Below are positions 48,784 through 58,452 of a DNA stretch of 64,000 bases, in pieces. The stretch's first letter is position 1, and every line of letters starts with the position of its first letter. Origin of the DNA: Spirochaetia bacterium (lineage in GTDB: Bacteria; Spirochaetota; Spirochaetia; UBA9216); contig CAXXYH010000004.1 in assembly GCA_963677925.2 (NCBI GenBank), positions 1,856,001-1,920,000 of the forward strand, given 5' to 3'. The translations under genes were made by a program, and so were the position numbers. The notes under the pieces were generated by a model. It saw only the letters and a list, made by a program, of their open reading frames with translations. It did no database searches and was not told where the DNA came from.

Positions 48784-49677
48784 ATGACATTAGAACATAT
48801 ACGATATTTTCTTGAAGTTTCCTCATGCAAAAGTTTTTCAAAGGCGGCTCAGAATTTATTCATTTCACAGCCTAATCTCAGTAAATACATCAAAGCTCTT
48901 GAGAATGAACTTGATTTCAAATTGTTTGATAGAAGTACTCATCATGTAAAACTTACTGATGACGGTAAAAAGTTTTTTAATTCCACTCATGATCTTTATT
49001 ATATTTTTACAAGCGCAATAGACAAGGTAAAGAAAAGCTCACAGCTTAATTATGAAATGTTGAATGTCGGGCTGTCTTTCGGCGAATGTTTATCTGATGA
49101 GCTGTACGAAATCTTTAATCAGTATAACAGTATCCCGGACGGAAAACAGAGGTATAAATTTTCGTATGACAATTTTGTTCCGTTGATAAATAAGCTGAAA
49201 TCAGGTGAATATGATCTGGCAATTACCACAGATCATAATATAAGAATGGATAAAAATATTAATTTTATAGAATTAACTCCTGTAAAACATGTTCTTGCAA
49301 TTAACAAGAATCATTATTTAGTTGATAAACCGGATTTGCTGCCCTCAGATTTTAAAGATGATATTTTTTATATGATTCGTCCTGATGAAGATGAACCCAA
49401 ACTTTATAATGTGGACTGGAAGGGTTTTTCAGAAATGTTTTACGGATTGAATATTGAACATGTAAGGACCTCGCTCGATGTCCTGCTTAATGTCCAGGCA
49501 GGCTCGGGAGTAGGTACTGTTCCTTCGAGTGTATTAACTGCATCATACCCGGATGTAGTTTTAAAACCATACAAAAATCCTACAAAGCACTCAATGCAGT
49601 GTCTAGCCTGGCATTCTGGTAATAATAGTCCTCAGATAAAATCACTTATTGCAAAGATAAAAACAATACTTTTATAA
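48784..49677 (+). CDS. LysR family regulator
   Basis: SFSKAAQNLFISQPNLSKYIKALENELDFKLFDR..LTDDG. Confidence 0.96.
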   Translation: MTLEHIRYFLEVSSCKSFSKAAQNLFISQPNLSKYIKALENELDFKLFDRSTHHVKLTDDGKKFFNSTHDLYYIFTSAIDKVKKSSQLNYEMLNVGLSFGECLSDELYEIFNQYNSIPDGKQRYKFSYDNFVPLINKLKSGEYDLAITTDHNIRMDKNINFIELTPVKHVLAINKNHYLVDKPDLLPSDFKDDIFYMIRPDEDEPKLYNVDWKGFSEMFYGLNIEHVRTSLDVLLNVQAGSGVGTVPSSVLTASYPDVVLKPYKNPTKHSMQCLAWHSGNNSPQIKSLIAKIKTILL

Positions 49678-49687
49678 TAGATTTTTA

Positions 49688-49729
49688 TTATTCGATATTG
49701 GAATAATATCCTGCCGAATTTTATATTTC
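49688..49729 (+). promoter_or_regulatory. Putative LysR binding site, copy 2
   Basis: TTATTC-N9-ATAA-N12-TTTTATATTTC, then a TAAGAT -10. Confidence 0.7.
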
Positions 49730-49814
49730 CATCCTTGAAGAACTCAAGATAAGATATGGAAACAATGTTAAATACATTATTTTTTATCTAATCAATGTTT
49801 TCCAGGGAGGAAGT

Positions 49815-51395
49815 ATGAAATTCTATAAGAAGGCCTCTGTCCTTGCGGCCCTGATTCTGCTTACTGCAGTTTTATTCACTGGCTGCTCTAAAGAAGATGC
49901 ATCATCAGCAAGTGCGAAAGACTTCGGAGACGGCAATGGCGCTAAAGTACTGAAAATCGCTATGGATTCAGAGCCCAAATCCATGAACCCTGTACTCGCT
50001 TCAGGCGGCGGTAATTCTGTTATTAATAATGCAATCTACGGTTGTGTCTGGACTATTACCTGTGACGGTGAAACTAATTTTCAAATCGCAGAAAGTTATG
50101 AATATACCAACGATGAAAAAACAGAAATGGTGATCAAGCTGAGAGAAGATTCAAAATGGGAAGATGGAACCCCCATCACACCTGAAGATATTCTTTTCAG
50201 TTATGAATACTATAAAGAAGGACCTGCAGCCTTCCGTGTAATGAACATCGATTTTGAAAACTGTGCTGCAATTGATGAACACACACTGAAAATCAAAATT
50301 CACCGACCCTGGCCTACATTCCATGAAGATCTTGCCCTCATGCACATTATAAGCAGGGACCTTTTTGATGAAGGCGGCGTTGATGCGATCGGGCTGAATC
50401 CTAAAGCATCAGGTGCATATAAAATAAAGAGCTGGTCTCCCGGCAAGCCTATTGTGCTTGAAAAGAACCCGAACTACTTTGAGAAAGATAAACTTGAGTT
50501 TGATGAAGTTGAAGTTATCTGCCTTCCGGATGAAACTACCAGAATGCTTGAATTTGAAAGCGGAAGCTATGATGTTGTTTATCTGACCGCCAGGGATAAC
50601 ATAGAAAAGATAAGTAAGGGCAATGTTAAAGGAACACATATCCAGTACGGTAATATTCAGCAGGTTACATATATCGTTGTAAATACAATCGACTTTGAAA
50701 AGTTTCAGAACCTTAACATCAGAAGAGCTATTGCCCATGCTGTAGACTGGAAAACAATTGTAGAGGTTATCTGCGGAGACGGTTACACAATGCAGACCAG
50801 CCCGCTTTTTCCTTCAGCCAACTGGGCGTACAAGAACGAGGGTGTTTACGAATACAATCCTGAACTCGCCAAAAGATATCTTGCCGATGCCGGTTACGGT
50901 CCGAACGAGTTCCTCTTCACGATGAGAATAAGTAATGAAGATTTTAATTCTCAAATAGCGGAATCAATGCAGGCATATCTGGCAGAGGCAGGAATCAGGA
51001 TGAATGTCAGTCTTGGAGATACGCCTACTGTCCGTGAGGAAAACAGAAATAATACAATTGAGATGAGTTTTTCAAAAAGTATGGGGGCAGAGGATCCAAG
51101 CGGTGTTGTTAATGCAAGAATGAGTAATGCTAAACCCAATATTACCAAGTTCGGCGATCCTGCCATTCAGGCAGATTTTGATGCAGCCTGCACAAGCAGC
51201 GCACCGAAAGAAGAAAGGAAGAAGGTTTTCCAGGATCTACAGGACAGGATCTGGGAATGGACAAGCACATACCCGCTGTATGAATCAAAGGTTTGTTTCG
51301 GAGCCAAAGATTCAATTGGAGCATTCGACGGCGGAATTGATGCAAGCTCCGGATATCTCCACCTTGCAAAGTTCTATACCGGCCTCGCAAAATAG
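49815..51395 (+). CDS. ABC substrate-binding lipoprotein, family 5 (Opp/Dpp/Nik-like)
   Basis: Lipobox FTGC, KLREDSKWEDGTPITPEDILFS, IRRAIAHAVD. Confidence 0.95.
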   Translation: MKFYKKASVLAALILLTAVLFTGCSKEDASSASAKDFGDGNGAKVLKIAMDSEPKSMNPVLASGGGNSVINNAIYGCVWTITCDGETNFQIAESYEYTNDEKTEMVIKLREDSKWEDGTPITPEDILFSYEYYKEGPAAFRVMNIDFENCAAIDEHTLKIKIHRPWPTFHEDLALMHIISRDLFDEGGVDAIGLNPKASGAYKIKSWSPGKPIVLEKNPNYFEKDKLEFDEVEVICLPDETTRMLEFESGSYDVVYLTARDNIEKISKGNVKGTHIQYGNIQQVTYIVVNTIDFEKFQNLNIRRAIAHAVDWKTIVEVICGDGYTMQTSPLFPSANWAYKNEGVYEYNPELAKRYLADAGYGPNEFLFTMRISNEDFNSQIAESMQAYLAEAGIRMNVSLGDTPTVREENRNNTIEMSFSKSMGAEDPSGVVNARMSNAKPNITKFGDPAIQADFDAACTSSAPKEERKKVFQDLQDRIWEWTSTYPLYESKVCFGAKDSIGAFDGGIDASSGYLHLAKFYTGLAK

Positions 51396-51405
51396 TTCTG
51401 ATAAT

Positions 51406-51431
51406 GCAGAAGCCTTCGGGCTTCTGCTTTT
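51406..51431 (+). terminator. Intra-operon hairpin after the SBP gene
   Basis: GCAGAAGCC-TTCG-GGCTTCTGC-TTTT (UUCG tetraloop). Confidence 0.85.
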
Positions 51432-51487
51432 AATTTTCAAAGGGCTGTAAGCTTCACTCAAATTTATTTTAATAACAGGATACTATA

Positions 51488-52471
51488 ATGCTTAAATACA
51501 TTATACGAAGGCTTCTGCTGATGATCCCGGTGCTTATCGGGGTTGTTGTCGTAGTTTTCACTATCAATTATTTTGCTTCCATCAGTCCGGCTTCTGTTAT
51601 ATGCGGATCAATGGCTACGGATGAACAGATCGCACAGAAAGAGCACGAACTTGGCCTGGATCAGCCGTATATTGTCCAGCTGGGTTCTTATTTCTGGAAT
51701 ATTATCTCGAAGGGCACCCTGGGAAAATCATACATCTACCAGACACCCGTTCTGGATACTATCCTTGAAAGACTTCCTGTCACAGCCAGAATAGGTCTGT
51801 TTGCCTCCATGTTTTCCGCAATAATCGGTATACCGCTTGGAATTCTGGCGGCTATAAAACAGAATAGTCCGGCCGACTATGGTTCAACTTTCTTCTCAAT
51901 ATTAATGGGTGCTGTACCACCATTCTGCCTATGTCTGCTTCTGCAGCTGATATTCGGCGTAAAACTCAAAATACTTCCCATATCCTCTCTCAACAGCTGG
52001 AAGGGCTACGTAATGCCGATAATTGCCGTCGGGATGATGCCGATTGCTATGACGATGCGTATGACAAGATCTGCAATGCTCGAGACTATCCGGCAGGATT
52101 ATGTACGGACCGCCAGGGCAAAGGGACTGCCTGAGAAGACGGTAATTCTAAGACATACTCTTAAAAACGCGCTTATCCCGATTGTTACAGTAGTAGGAAT
52201 GACAATAGGTTTTTCAATGACCGGTTCAATCATTGCTGAAACAATCTTCAACATACCCGGAATGGGTTCGCTCATGAATATAAGTATCGCATCGAAAGAT
52301 TTCATAACTACACAGGGCTGTGTTCTTGTCGCCGCTTTTATTATTTCATCAATGACGCTGATAACCGATTTGGTTTACGCCTTTGTTGATCCGAGAATCA
52401 AGGCCCAGTATGCCGGGACGAAAAAGGTTAAAAGAACAAGCTCTAAAACAGTTGAAGGAGCGACGGCATAA
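51488..52471 (+). CDS. Peptide/nickel ABC permease (DppB/OppB-like)
   Basis: ELGLDQP, QDYVRTARAKGL, AETIFNIPGMG. Confidence 0.95.
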   Translation: MLKYIIRRLLLMIPVLIGVVVVVFTINYFASISPASVICGSMATDEQIAQKEHELGLDQPYIVQLGSYFWNIISKGTLGKSYIYQTPVLDTILERLPVTARIGLFASMFSAIIGIPLGILAAIKQNSPADYGSTFFSILMGAVPPFCLCLLLQLIFGVKLKILPISSLNSWKGYVMPIIAVGMMPIAMTMRMTRSAMLETIRQDYVRTARAKGLPEKTVILRHTLKNALIPIVTVVGMTIGFSMTGSIIAETIFNIPGMGSLMNISIASKDFITTQGCVLVAAFIISSMTLITDLVYAFVDPRIKAQYAGTKKVKRTSSKTVEGATA

Positions 52472-53346
52472 TGATTGTACTTGATAAACCTGTTAAAAGG
52501 AAAAAACAGAGTTTTGCCGGACTGATGCTCCGCCGGTTTTTCAGAAACAAGGCAGCGGTTGTTGCTATGTGTTTTCTGTTTGTGCTTTTTTTCTGTGCGA
52601 TATTCTCTGATTTTATTACACCATATGATTATGCAAAGCAGTCTCTTGCAGACAGGCTTCAGTATCCAAGTCTCCAGCATCCCTTCGGAACTGATAACTT
52701 CGGAAGGGATATTCTAAGCCGTGTGCTTCGCGGCGGCCGGGTTTCGCTTCTTGTCTCCGCATCTGCTGTAGCCATTGCTACACTTGGTGCTGTAATTGTC
52801 GGTTCTGTTGCCGGATATCTCGGCGGCACTGCTGATAATATAATAATGAGAGTCACTGATATTTTCATGTCCATCCCGGGTATGCTTTTTGCTATGACTG
52901 TTTCAGCCGCCCTTGGTACGGGTATGGTGAATACGGCTATAGCGCTCGGGGTCACCTCGATAGCGCCTCTTGTAAGACAGATCCGTTCCTCGATTCTTCT
53001 AATCAAGGACCAGGAATTTATCGAGGCGTCAAAAGCTTTCGGCTGCAGTGACGCGACAATTATAATCAAGCATGTAATTCCGAATACAATAGCGCCAATG
53101 ATAGTTCAGATGTCTCTGCGTCTGGGAGATACCATTATGGCCATTTCAGGTCTGAGCTTCCTCGGTCTGGGTATTCAGCCTCCTATTCCCGAATGGGGCA
53201 ATATGGTTGCTGTAGGAAAAGAGTACCTTACTACATTCTTTCCTATGGTGCTGTTTCCCGGAGTAACGGTAATTCTGGCGATGCTTGCATTCAACCTTCT
53301 TGGAGACGGTCTTCGTGATGCGCTTGATCCAAGGATGAAAAGATAA
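52471..53346 (+). CDS. Peptide/nickel ABC permease (DppC/OppC-like)
   Basis: HPFGTDNFGRDILSR, EFIEASKAFG, LSFLGLG, FNLLGDGLRDALDP. Confidence 0.95.
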   Translation: MIVLDKPVKRKKQSFAGLMLRRFFRNKAAVVAMCFLFVLFFCAIFSDFITPYDYAKQSLADRLQYPSLQHPFGTDNFGRDILSRVLRGGRVSLLVSASAVAIATLGAVIVGSVAGYLGGTADNIIMRVTDIFMSIPGMLFAMTVSAALGTGMVNTAIALGVTSIAPLVRQIRSSILLIKDQEFIEASKAFGCSDATIIIKHVIPNTIAPMIVQMSLRLGDTIMAISGLSFLGLGIQPPIPEWGNMVAVGKEYLTTFFPMVLFPGVTVILAMLAFNLLGDGLRDALDPRMKR

Positions 53347-53361
53347 GGGTAGAGCTGAAAT

Positions 53362-54372
53362 ATGAAACTTCTTGATATAAAAGATCTTTTTATTAGATTC
53401 AATACGGATATGGGCGTTGTCCATGCTGTAAACGGTGTGAATCTGACAATTAATGAGGGAGAGACCCTTGGTCTGGTTGGCGAGACCGGAGCTGGTAAAA
53501 CCACCACCGCACTCAGTATTCTTGGACTTGTTTCCATTCCCCCCGGAGAAATTACAAAAGGTGAAATCATTTTCAAAGACCGTGACGTAAGAAATATGAC
53601 AACCTCAGAACTTCAGAAGATCCGCGGTGCCGAAATATCCATGATATTCCAGGACCCCATGAGTGTTCTGAACCCTGTCATGACAATCGGCGATCAGATT
53701 ACCGAGGTTATCAGCCTGCACCAGAAATGTTCTGCGGCGGAAGCTGAAACTCAGATGATGGCAATGCTGGAGAAGGTCCGTCTTCCGGCAGAGAGAGCAG
53801 GGGAGTATCCGCACCAGTTTTCGGGAGGCATGAAGCAGAGGGTTGTTATTGCTATGGCCCTTGCCTGTAATCCCAAGCTGCTGATTGCGGATGAACCTAC
53901 AACCGCGCTCGATGTTACCATCCAGGCCCAGGTACTCGAGATGATTAATAAGCTTAAGAAAGAAAATAATACATCCATGCTGCTCATTACACATGACCTC
54001 GGAGTTGTTGCCGAATCATGTGAAAAGGTTGCAATTATGTATGCGGGAGAAATAGTTGAAAGCGGGAGGGTAGAGGATATTTTTAACCGGACTGCCCATC
54101 CGTATACAATCGGACTTTTTAATTCCATCCCCGCAATGGATGGTGTAAAATGCCGGCTGAAACCGATTCCCGGAATGATGCCTAATACGCATGACATGCC
54201 TGAGGGCTGTAAATTCAGCAACAGATGTCCCTATGCTTCAGAAATAGAAAAATGCACCATGGAAGAGCCGAAGGCTGTTGAACTTACACCGGGACATTTT
54301 GTCAGATGCTTCAAATGTGAAATGGATGACAAAGCCGGACTGACACTAAGAGAGGGATGCCTGGATGAGTAA
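53362..54372 (+). CDS. Peptide ABC ATP-binding protein (DppD/OppD-like)
   Basis: GETGAGKT, YPHQFSGGMKQR, ADEPTTALD, C-terminal Cys cluster. Confidence 0.95.
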   Translation: MKLLDIKDLFIRFNTDMGVVHAVNGVNLTINEGETLGLVGETGAGKTTTALSILGLVSIPPGEITKGEIIFKDRDVRNMTTSELQKIRGAEISMIFQDPMSVLNPVMTIGDQITEVISLHQKCSAAEAETQMMAMLEKVRLPAERAGEYPHQFSGGMKQRVVIAMALACNPKLLIADEPTTALDVTIQAQVLEMINKLKKENNTSMLLITHDLGVVAESCEKVAIMYAGEIVESGRVEDIFNRTAHPYTIGLFNSIPAMDGVKCRLKPIPGMMPNTHDMPEGCKFSNRCPYASEIEKCTMEEPKAVELTPGHFVRCFKCEMDDKAGLTLREGCLDE

Positions 54373-55330
54373 TTATCTGCTTGAAGTTAAAAATCTGATG
54401 AAATTCTTCAAATCACCCAGGGGAATGCTGCACGCTGTTGACGGTGTGTCTTTCGGGATAGAAAAGGGAAAGACTCTTGGAGTCGTTGGTGAATCAGGCT
54501 GCGGAAAGTCGACGCTCGGCCGCGCCATCATAGGTCTTAACGAGGCTACAGGCGGGCAGGTATTCTTCAAGGAGCGTGAAATAACACATCTGCGTGGACG
54601 GGAAAGAAAAAAATCAAAACGTAATATGCAGATCATCTTTCAGGATCCCTTTTCATCGCTTGACTCCAGAATGAATGTGCTTCAGCTTATCGCAGAACCA
54701 CTTAAGGTAACCCGTGCTGTAAAGGGCAAGGCTGCAATTGAGAAAAAGGTAGCCGAGCTTATGGATACAGTCGGGCTTGATGAAAACTACAGATACTCCT
54801 ATCCGCATGAACTTGACGGCGGAAGACGTCAGAGAATAGGTATTGCAAGAGCTCTGGCGCTTGAACCTGAGTTTATTGTCTGCGATGAGCCGGTATCGGC
54901 GCTTGATGTGTCCATACAGGCTCAGATTCTGAACCTTATGAGTGACCTGCAGAAGGAAAAGGCTCTCACATATATTTTTATCACGCACGATCTATCGGTT
55001 GTCCGGCATATATCTGATGATATTCTAGTAATGTATACAGGCTGTCTGATGGAGAAGGCTGAGGTTGAAGACCTTTTTAAAAATCCGCTCCATCCATATA
55101 CAAAGGGCCTTCTCTCAGCGATACCGATCCCCTCTCTAAATGTTAAACGCGAACGGATACTGCTTGAAGGTGAAATAACTTCTCCTGTCAATCCTTCACC
55201 CGGATGCCGGTTCTGTTCAAGATGCATTTACGCTAAGGATAAATGTAAGATGGAAAATCCGCCTACAGAAGAGGTTTTACCCAATCATTTTACGGCATGT
55301 CATTACGTCAGGGAGATAAACGGATTTTAA
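54365..55330 (+). CDS. Peptide ABC ATP-binding protein (DppF/OppF-like)
   Basis: GESGCGKST, YPHELDGGRRQR, CDEPVSALD. Confidence 0.95.
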   Translation: MSNYLLEVKNLMKFFKSPRGMLHAVDGVSFGIEKGKTLGVVGESGCGKSTLGRAIIGLNEATGGQVFFKEREITHLRGRERKKSKRNMQIIFQDPFSSLDSRMNVLQLIAEPLKVTRAVKGKAAIEKKVAELMDTVGLDENYRYSYPHELDGGRRQRIGIARALALEPEFIVCDEPVSALDVSIQAQILNLMSDLQKEKALTYIFITHDLSVVRHISDDILVMYTGCLMEKAEVEDLFKNPLHPYTKGLLSAIPIPSLNVKRERILLEGEITSPVNPSPGCRFCSRCIYAKDKCKMENPPTEEVLPNHFTACHYVREINGF

Positions 55331-55426
55331 GTCTGCAATTCACAATATTTTTCTTTTATTTAATTATAATACTTGATTTTACGGTTCATTGAAATCATAG
55401 TTTAGGTTATATAAAGGAGAAAAAAT

Positions 55427-57382
55427 TTGCTGATAAAAACAAAATTTTCGATTATTGTAGCGATACCAATTATTTCAATATTCGGAATTTTTATGATTGG
55501 TATCATTAACTTCCTGAATATACAAACAGATATTCAGGAAGTGCTGGCTCTTCAGAATGACCGCATTATGATCAGTGAAGCTGACCGCGATGCATATCAG
55601 GCGTTAGTATCTGAAATGAACAGTACAGGAGCTCTTAGTGTTGCAGAAGCTGAGCAGGCGTTGTCGGATTATGAGGAGAACGCTGAACAGACACTAAACA
55701 GGGTTGGTACAGGTGAATCCAGGTTCAGTCCTGGAATGGTAGCTATCTTTAGTGCTTTTAAATCTGACTTTGGAAAATGGAAGGATATCAGTTCACAGAT
55801 AATCAATAAGGCGCTGAATGTATCTGAAGCGAATCAGAGGCGGGATGAACTTGAGTCAGAGGCGATCAAATCGTTTGACAATGTACGGAATATCATAAAT
55901 CAGCTTGGTGAATTAATAGATCAGCAGCTCACCGGGAACCTCTCAGCGTCAAGACGCAGGGCGCTTGAACAGGCGTTATCGCTTGTTTTAAACGGAGACC
56001 GTGACCTTTATCAGGCATATACGGCTGCACTGCTTATGGGCCGTGCAGAGAATGATGCGGAACTTGCCCGGTATCTTGCTGACTATTCTGAAAATGTAGA
56101 CCAGGTTCTTGAAAGAGTTTCCAGTTCTGCAGATATCTACGGAGCGTCCGTTGTGCAGCTGTCCAATGATTTTGATAAGGAAATTGCCCAATGGAAGCTG
56201 CTGACGGATGAGATAGCTTCCATAGCGGATGCTAACTTTGATGATAATTTTTTCATCAGTTCACAGGCCGGAACCATGATGGAATTCTTTGAGTCAATGA
56301 GGGAGAAGATTAATCAGCTTGGCGAGGCTGAACAGGAAAAGATTGAGTCAATAATAAACGAGCTGTTTAGAGGAATACGCACTTCAATCATGCTCTATAT
56401 AATTTTTATCTCAGCAGCTGTAATTCTTACAACAGTTTCTGTTGTCCTGATTGCTCTTGGTATTAATCGTAATATTTTGAAGGGATTGAAACTTTCGCAG
56501 GAACTTGCTGCGGGAGATCTGACAACATATGATGATATAGATCGGATTTCAAGTGATGAAATTGGAAAGCTGGTCGTATCTGAAATCTCAATGGCAAGAA
56601 AATTCAGGGAAATCATATCCAATATAATTATTACTGCCGGGAATGTGGCGTCAGCAAGTCAGCAGATAAGCTCAAGCTCCGAGATTGTTTCTTCAGGCTC
56701 GGAACAGCAGGCTTCGGGAATTGAGGAAGTCTCCGCTTCAATTGAGCAGATGAGTTCCAATATTAAACAGACTGCTGAAAACGCCTTTGTTACGGAAAAA
56801 TTATCAAATAAGGTGGTTGAGAACGCCGGAAGTACCAAGAAGTCGGTTGATAATACAATCGATATGATGGACAGAATTTTAGAAAAGACCGAACTGATAG
56901 AAAGTATTGCCAATCAGACGAACCTTCTGGCACTTAATGCTGCGATTGAAGCTGCAAGAGCCGGCGATACCGGAAAGGGATTTGCAGTAGTCGCCAGTGA
57001 GGTTAGAAAACTGGCGGTTAACAGTAAAACTGCTGCAATCGAAATCAGCCAGCTTTCTGCTGATGCGGTAAATGTCTCGAAAGAAGCAGGTGAAAATCTT
57101 GATATTCTTGTTCCTGATATTAAAAAGACATCAGAACTGATTAACGAGATGAGTTCGGCAATGAGAGAACTCGAAATTGGAACAAACCAGATAAGTGAGA
57201 GCATAGTTCAGCTGGATACCGCTGTTCAGGCAAATGCCGCTTCATCAGAGGAACTTGCTGCAACTGCAGAAGAAATGAACGCCCAGGCTCAGGAATTAAG
57301 AGATCAGATGGATTTTTTCAATACAGGAGACAGCGGCCGGAATAGAGAGGATGAAAGACTAAGCCTTCCTGAACGCGTTTAA
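55427..57382 (+). CDS. Transmembrane methyl-accepting chemotaxis protein
   Basis: AAGGAG SD, TTG start, two TMs, HAMP (DEIGKL), [17 protein letters not shown]. Confidence 0.95.
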   Translation: MLIKTKFSIIVAIPIISIFGIFMIGIINFLNIQTDIQEVLALQNDRIMISEADRDAYQALVSEMNSTGALSVAEAEQALSDYEENAEQTLNRVGTGESRFSPGMVAIFSAFKSDFGKWKDISSQIINKALNVSEANQRRDELESEAIKSFDNVRNIINQLGELIDQQLTGNLSASRRRALEQALSLVLNGDRDLYQAYTAALLMGRAENDAELARYLADYSENVDQVLERVSSSADIYGASVVQLSNDFDKEIAQWKLLTDEIASIADANFDDNFFISSQAGTMMEFFESMREKINQLGEAEQEKIESIINELFRGIRTSIMLYIIFISAAVILTTVSVVLIALGINRNILKGLKLSQELAAGDLTTYDDIDRISSDEIGKLVVSEISMARKFREIISNIIITAGNVASASQQISSSSEIVSSGSEQQASGIEEVSASIEQMSSNIKQTAENAFVTEKLSNKVVENAGSTKKSVDNTIDMMDRILEKTELIESIANQTNLLALNAAIEAARAGDTGKGFAVVASEVRKLAVNSKTAAIEISQLSADAVNVSKEAGENLDILVPDIKKTSELINEMSSAMRELEIGTNQISESIVQLDTAVQANAASSEELAATAEEMNAQAQELRDQMDFFNTGDSGRNREDERLSLPERV

Positions 57383-57408
57383 GTATTATTTATCGTCTAT
57401 TATAATAT

Positions 57409-57441
57409 TTACCGGAACCTGGCTCATGCAGGTTCCGGTAA
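57409..57441. terminator. Hairpin between convergent MCP and DUF2892 genes
   Basis: TTACCGGAACCTG..CAGGTTCCGGTAA. Confidence 0.8.
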
Positions 57442-57449
57442 TATAGCTT

Positions 57450-57647
57450 CTAACGGGAATGTGTATTGATTTTAAACGGAATATACAATGGGCAGAATGA
57501 AAGGGCGGAGGTGCCTAGCATAATCAGTCCGAGTATCCCAATCCACCAGAGTCTGCCTGTACTTATCTGCAGCACTATTGCAGCCGCAACAATAATAAGT
57601 CCCAAGAACAATCTGATTATTCTGTCTGTTTTACCTATGTTTTTCAT
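57450..57647 (-). CDS. DUF2892 (YgaP-like) membrane protein
   Basis: MKNIGKTDRIIR..two TMs..FCPLYIPFKINT. Confidence 0.92.
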   Translation of the reverse strand: MKNIGKTDRIIRLFLGLIIVAAAIVLQISTGRLWWIGILGLIMLGTSALSFCPLYIPFKINTHSR

Positions 57648-57714
57648 TTAGAACTCCTATATATACAATATAATATATTAAAATGAAAAAGCTAAGTAAA
57701 AAATATTCAGGAGT

Positions 57715-58218
57715 TCATAAAGAAAAATTCTCTCTGACAGAATTAAATAATGCTTCAAAAAAAGGACTCTTTTCTGATTTTATCTTGTGTTCAGAGAGAA
57801 CCTCATCTCTTTCATTCAGAAAATACTGATAAAGAAATTTCAGTGCTTTGCTTTTTGTCGGTGGACGGTAGCATAGTTCCACAATTTTCTTTGTCTCAGC
57901 AACGTCCATGAAATGTTTTCTGCCGTTAACTGTAAAATAATATGTTTTTCCATTTTTGGAGCGATCTATTTCAATTTCAAAGCCTATGTTCTCGCCGGTA
58001 TTTTTTTTCGAAGAAGAACTGCTGTTTACTGCATTCTTCTTACTGCTGATTTTCTCAAGATCCCTGTTCAGTTCAACCACCCTCTGGTTGTGAATAATCG
58101 TATTTGCCTGCTGAAGCAGAAATACCAGACCTTCTTCATCTATCTGAGGTACGAGTTCAATAAGTTCATTACGAAGTTTTCCAGCCAGGCTGTTTTTTGA
58201 TTCTTTGCTTTCCGCCAT
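57715..58218 (-). CDS. Hypothetical protein
   Basis: GGAG SD before ATG 58218; IDEEGLVFLLQQA..YLNERDEVL-like helical segments. Confidence 0.75.
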   Translation of the reverse strand: MAESKESKNSLAGKLRNELIELVPQIDEEGLVFLLQQANTIIHNQRVVELNRDLEKISSKKNAVNSSSSSKKNTGENIGFEIEIDRSKNGKTYYFTVNGRKHFMDVAETKKIVELCYRPPTKSKALKFLYQYFLNERDEVLSEHKIKSEKSPFFEALFNSVRENFSL

Positions 58219-58255
58219 TTTTGTCTCCAACGAAAATGTAGCACAATAGAAGCAA

Positions 58256-58299
58256 TTTTATACAAATTTACGCTTAATTTACATTCTGTTTACACTAAA
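58256..58299 (+). repeat. Four 11-bp-phased TTTAC-type direct repeats (PhoP/OmpR-box-like)
   Basis: TTTTAtacaaa TTTACgcttaa TTTACattctg TTTACactaaa at 58256, 58267, 58278, 58289. Confidence 0.6.
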
Positions 58300-58324
58300 A
58301 TTGTGAATTGAGTATATATTATTC

Positions 58325-58441
58325 TCAGCATTGCTAAGTGGTAATGCGCATACGATTTTTCTTTCAATCGGGCTTGGCGCCGTGAAAGAAATAGTTTTTC
58401 TCCTGACAGGCGGCCTTCGTTGATGGCCGCCTGGCTTATTT
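58325..58441 (+). ncRNA. Candidate small RNA (three hairpins, anti-SD linker)
   Basis: Promoter-like TTTACA-N18-TATATA; stems at 58328-47, 58358-91 and 58407-33; TTTCTCCT linker. Confidence 0.45.
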
Positions 58442-58452
58442 AAAGATTCATG

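Noticed and set aside
58344-58385. 13-codon ORF MRIRFFFQSGLAP as a Phe attenuator leader
   Set aside because: No SD and no downstream plus-strand gene to attenuate. The Phe codons are one arm of a stem in the candidate sRNA.
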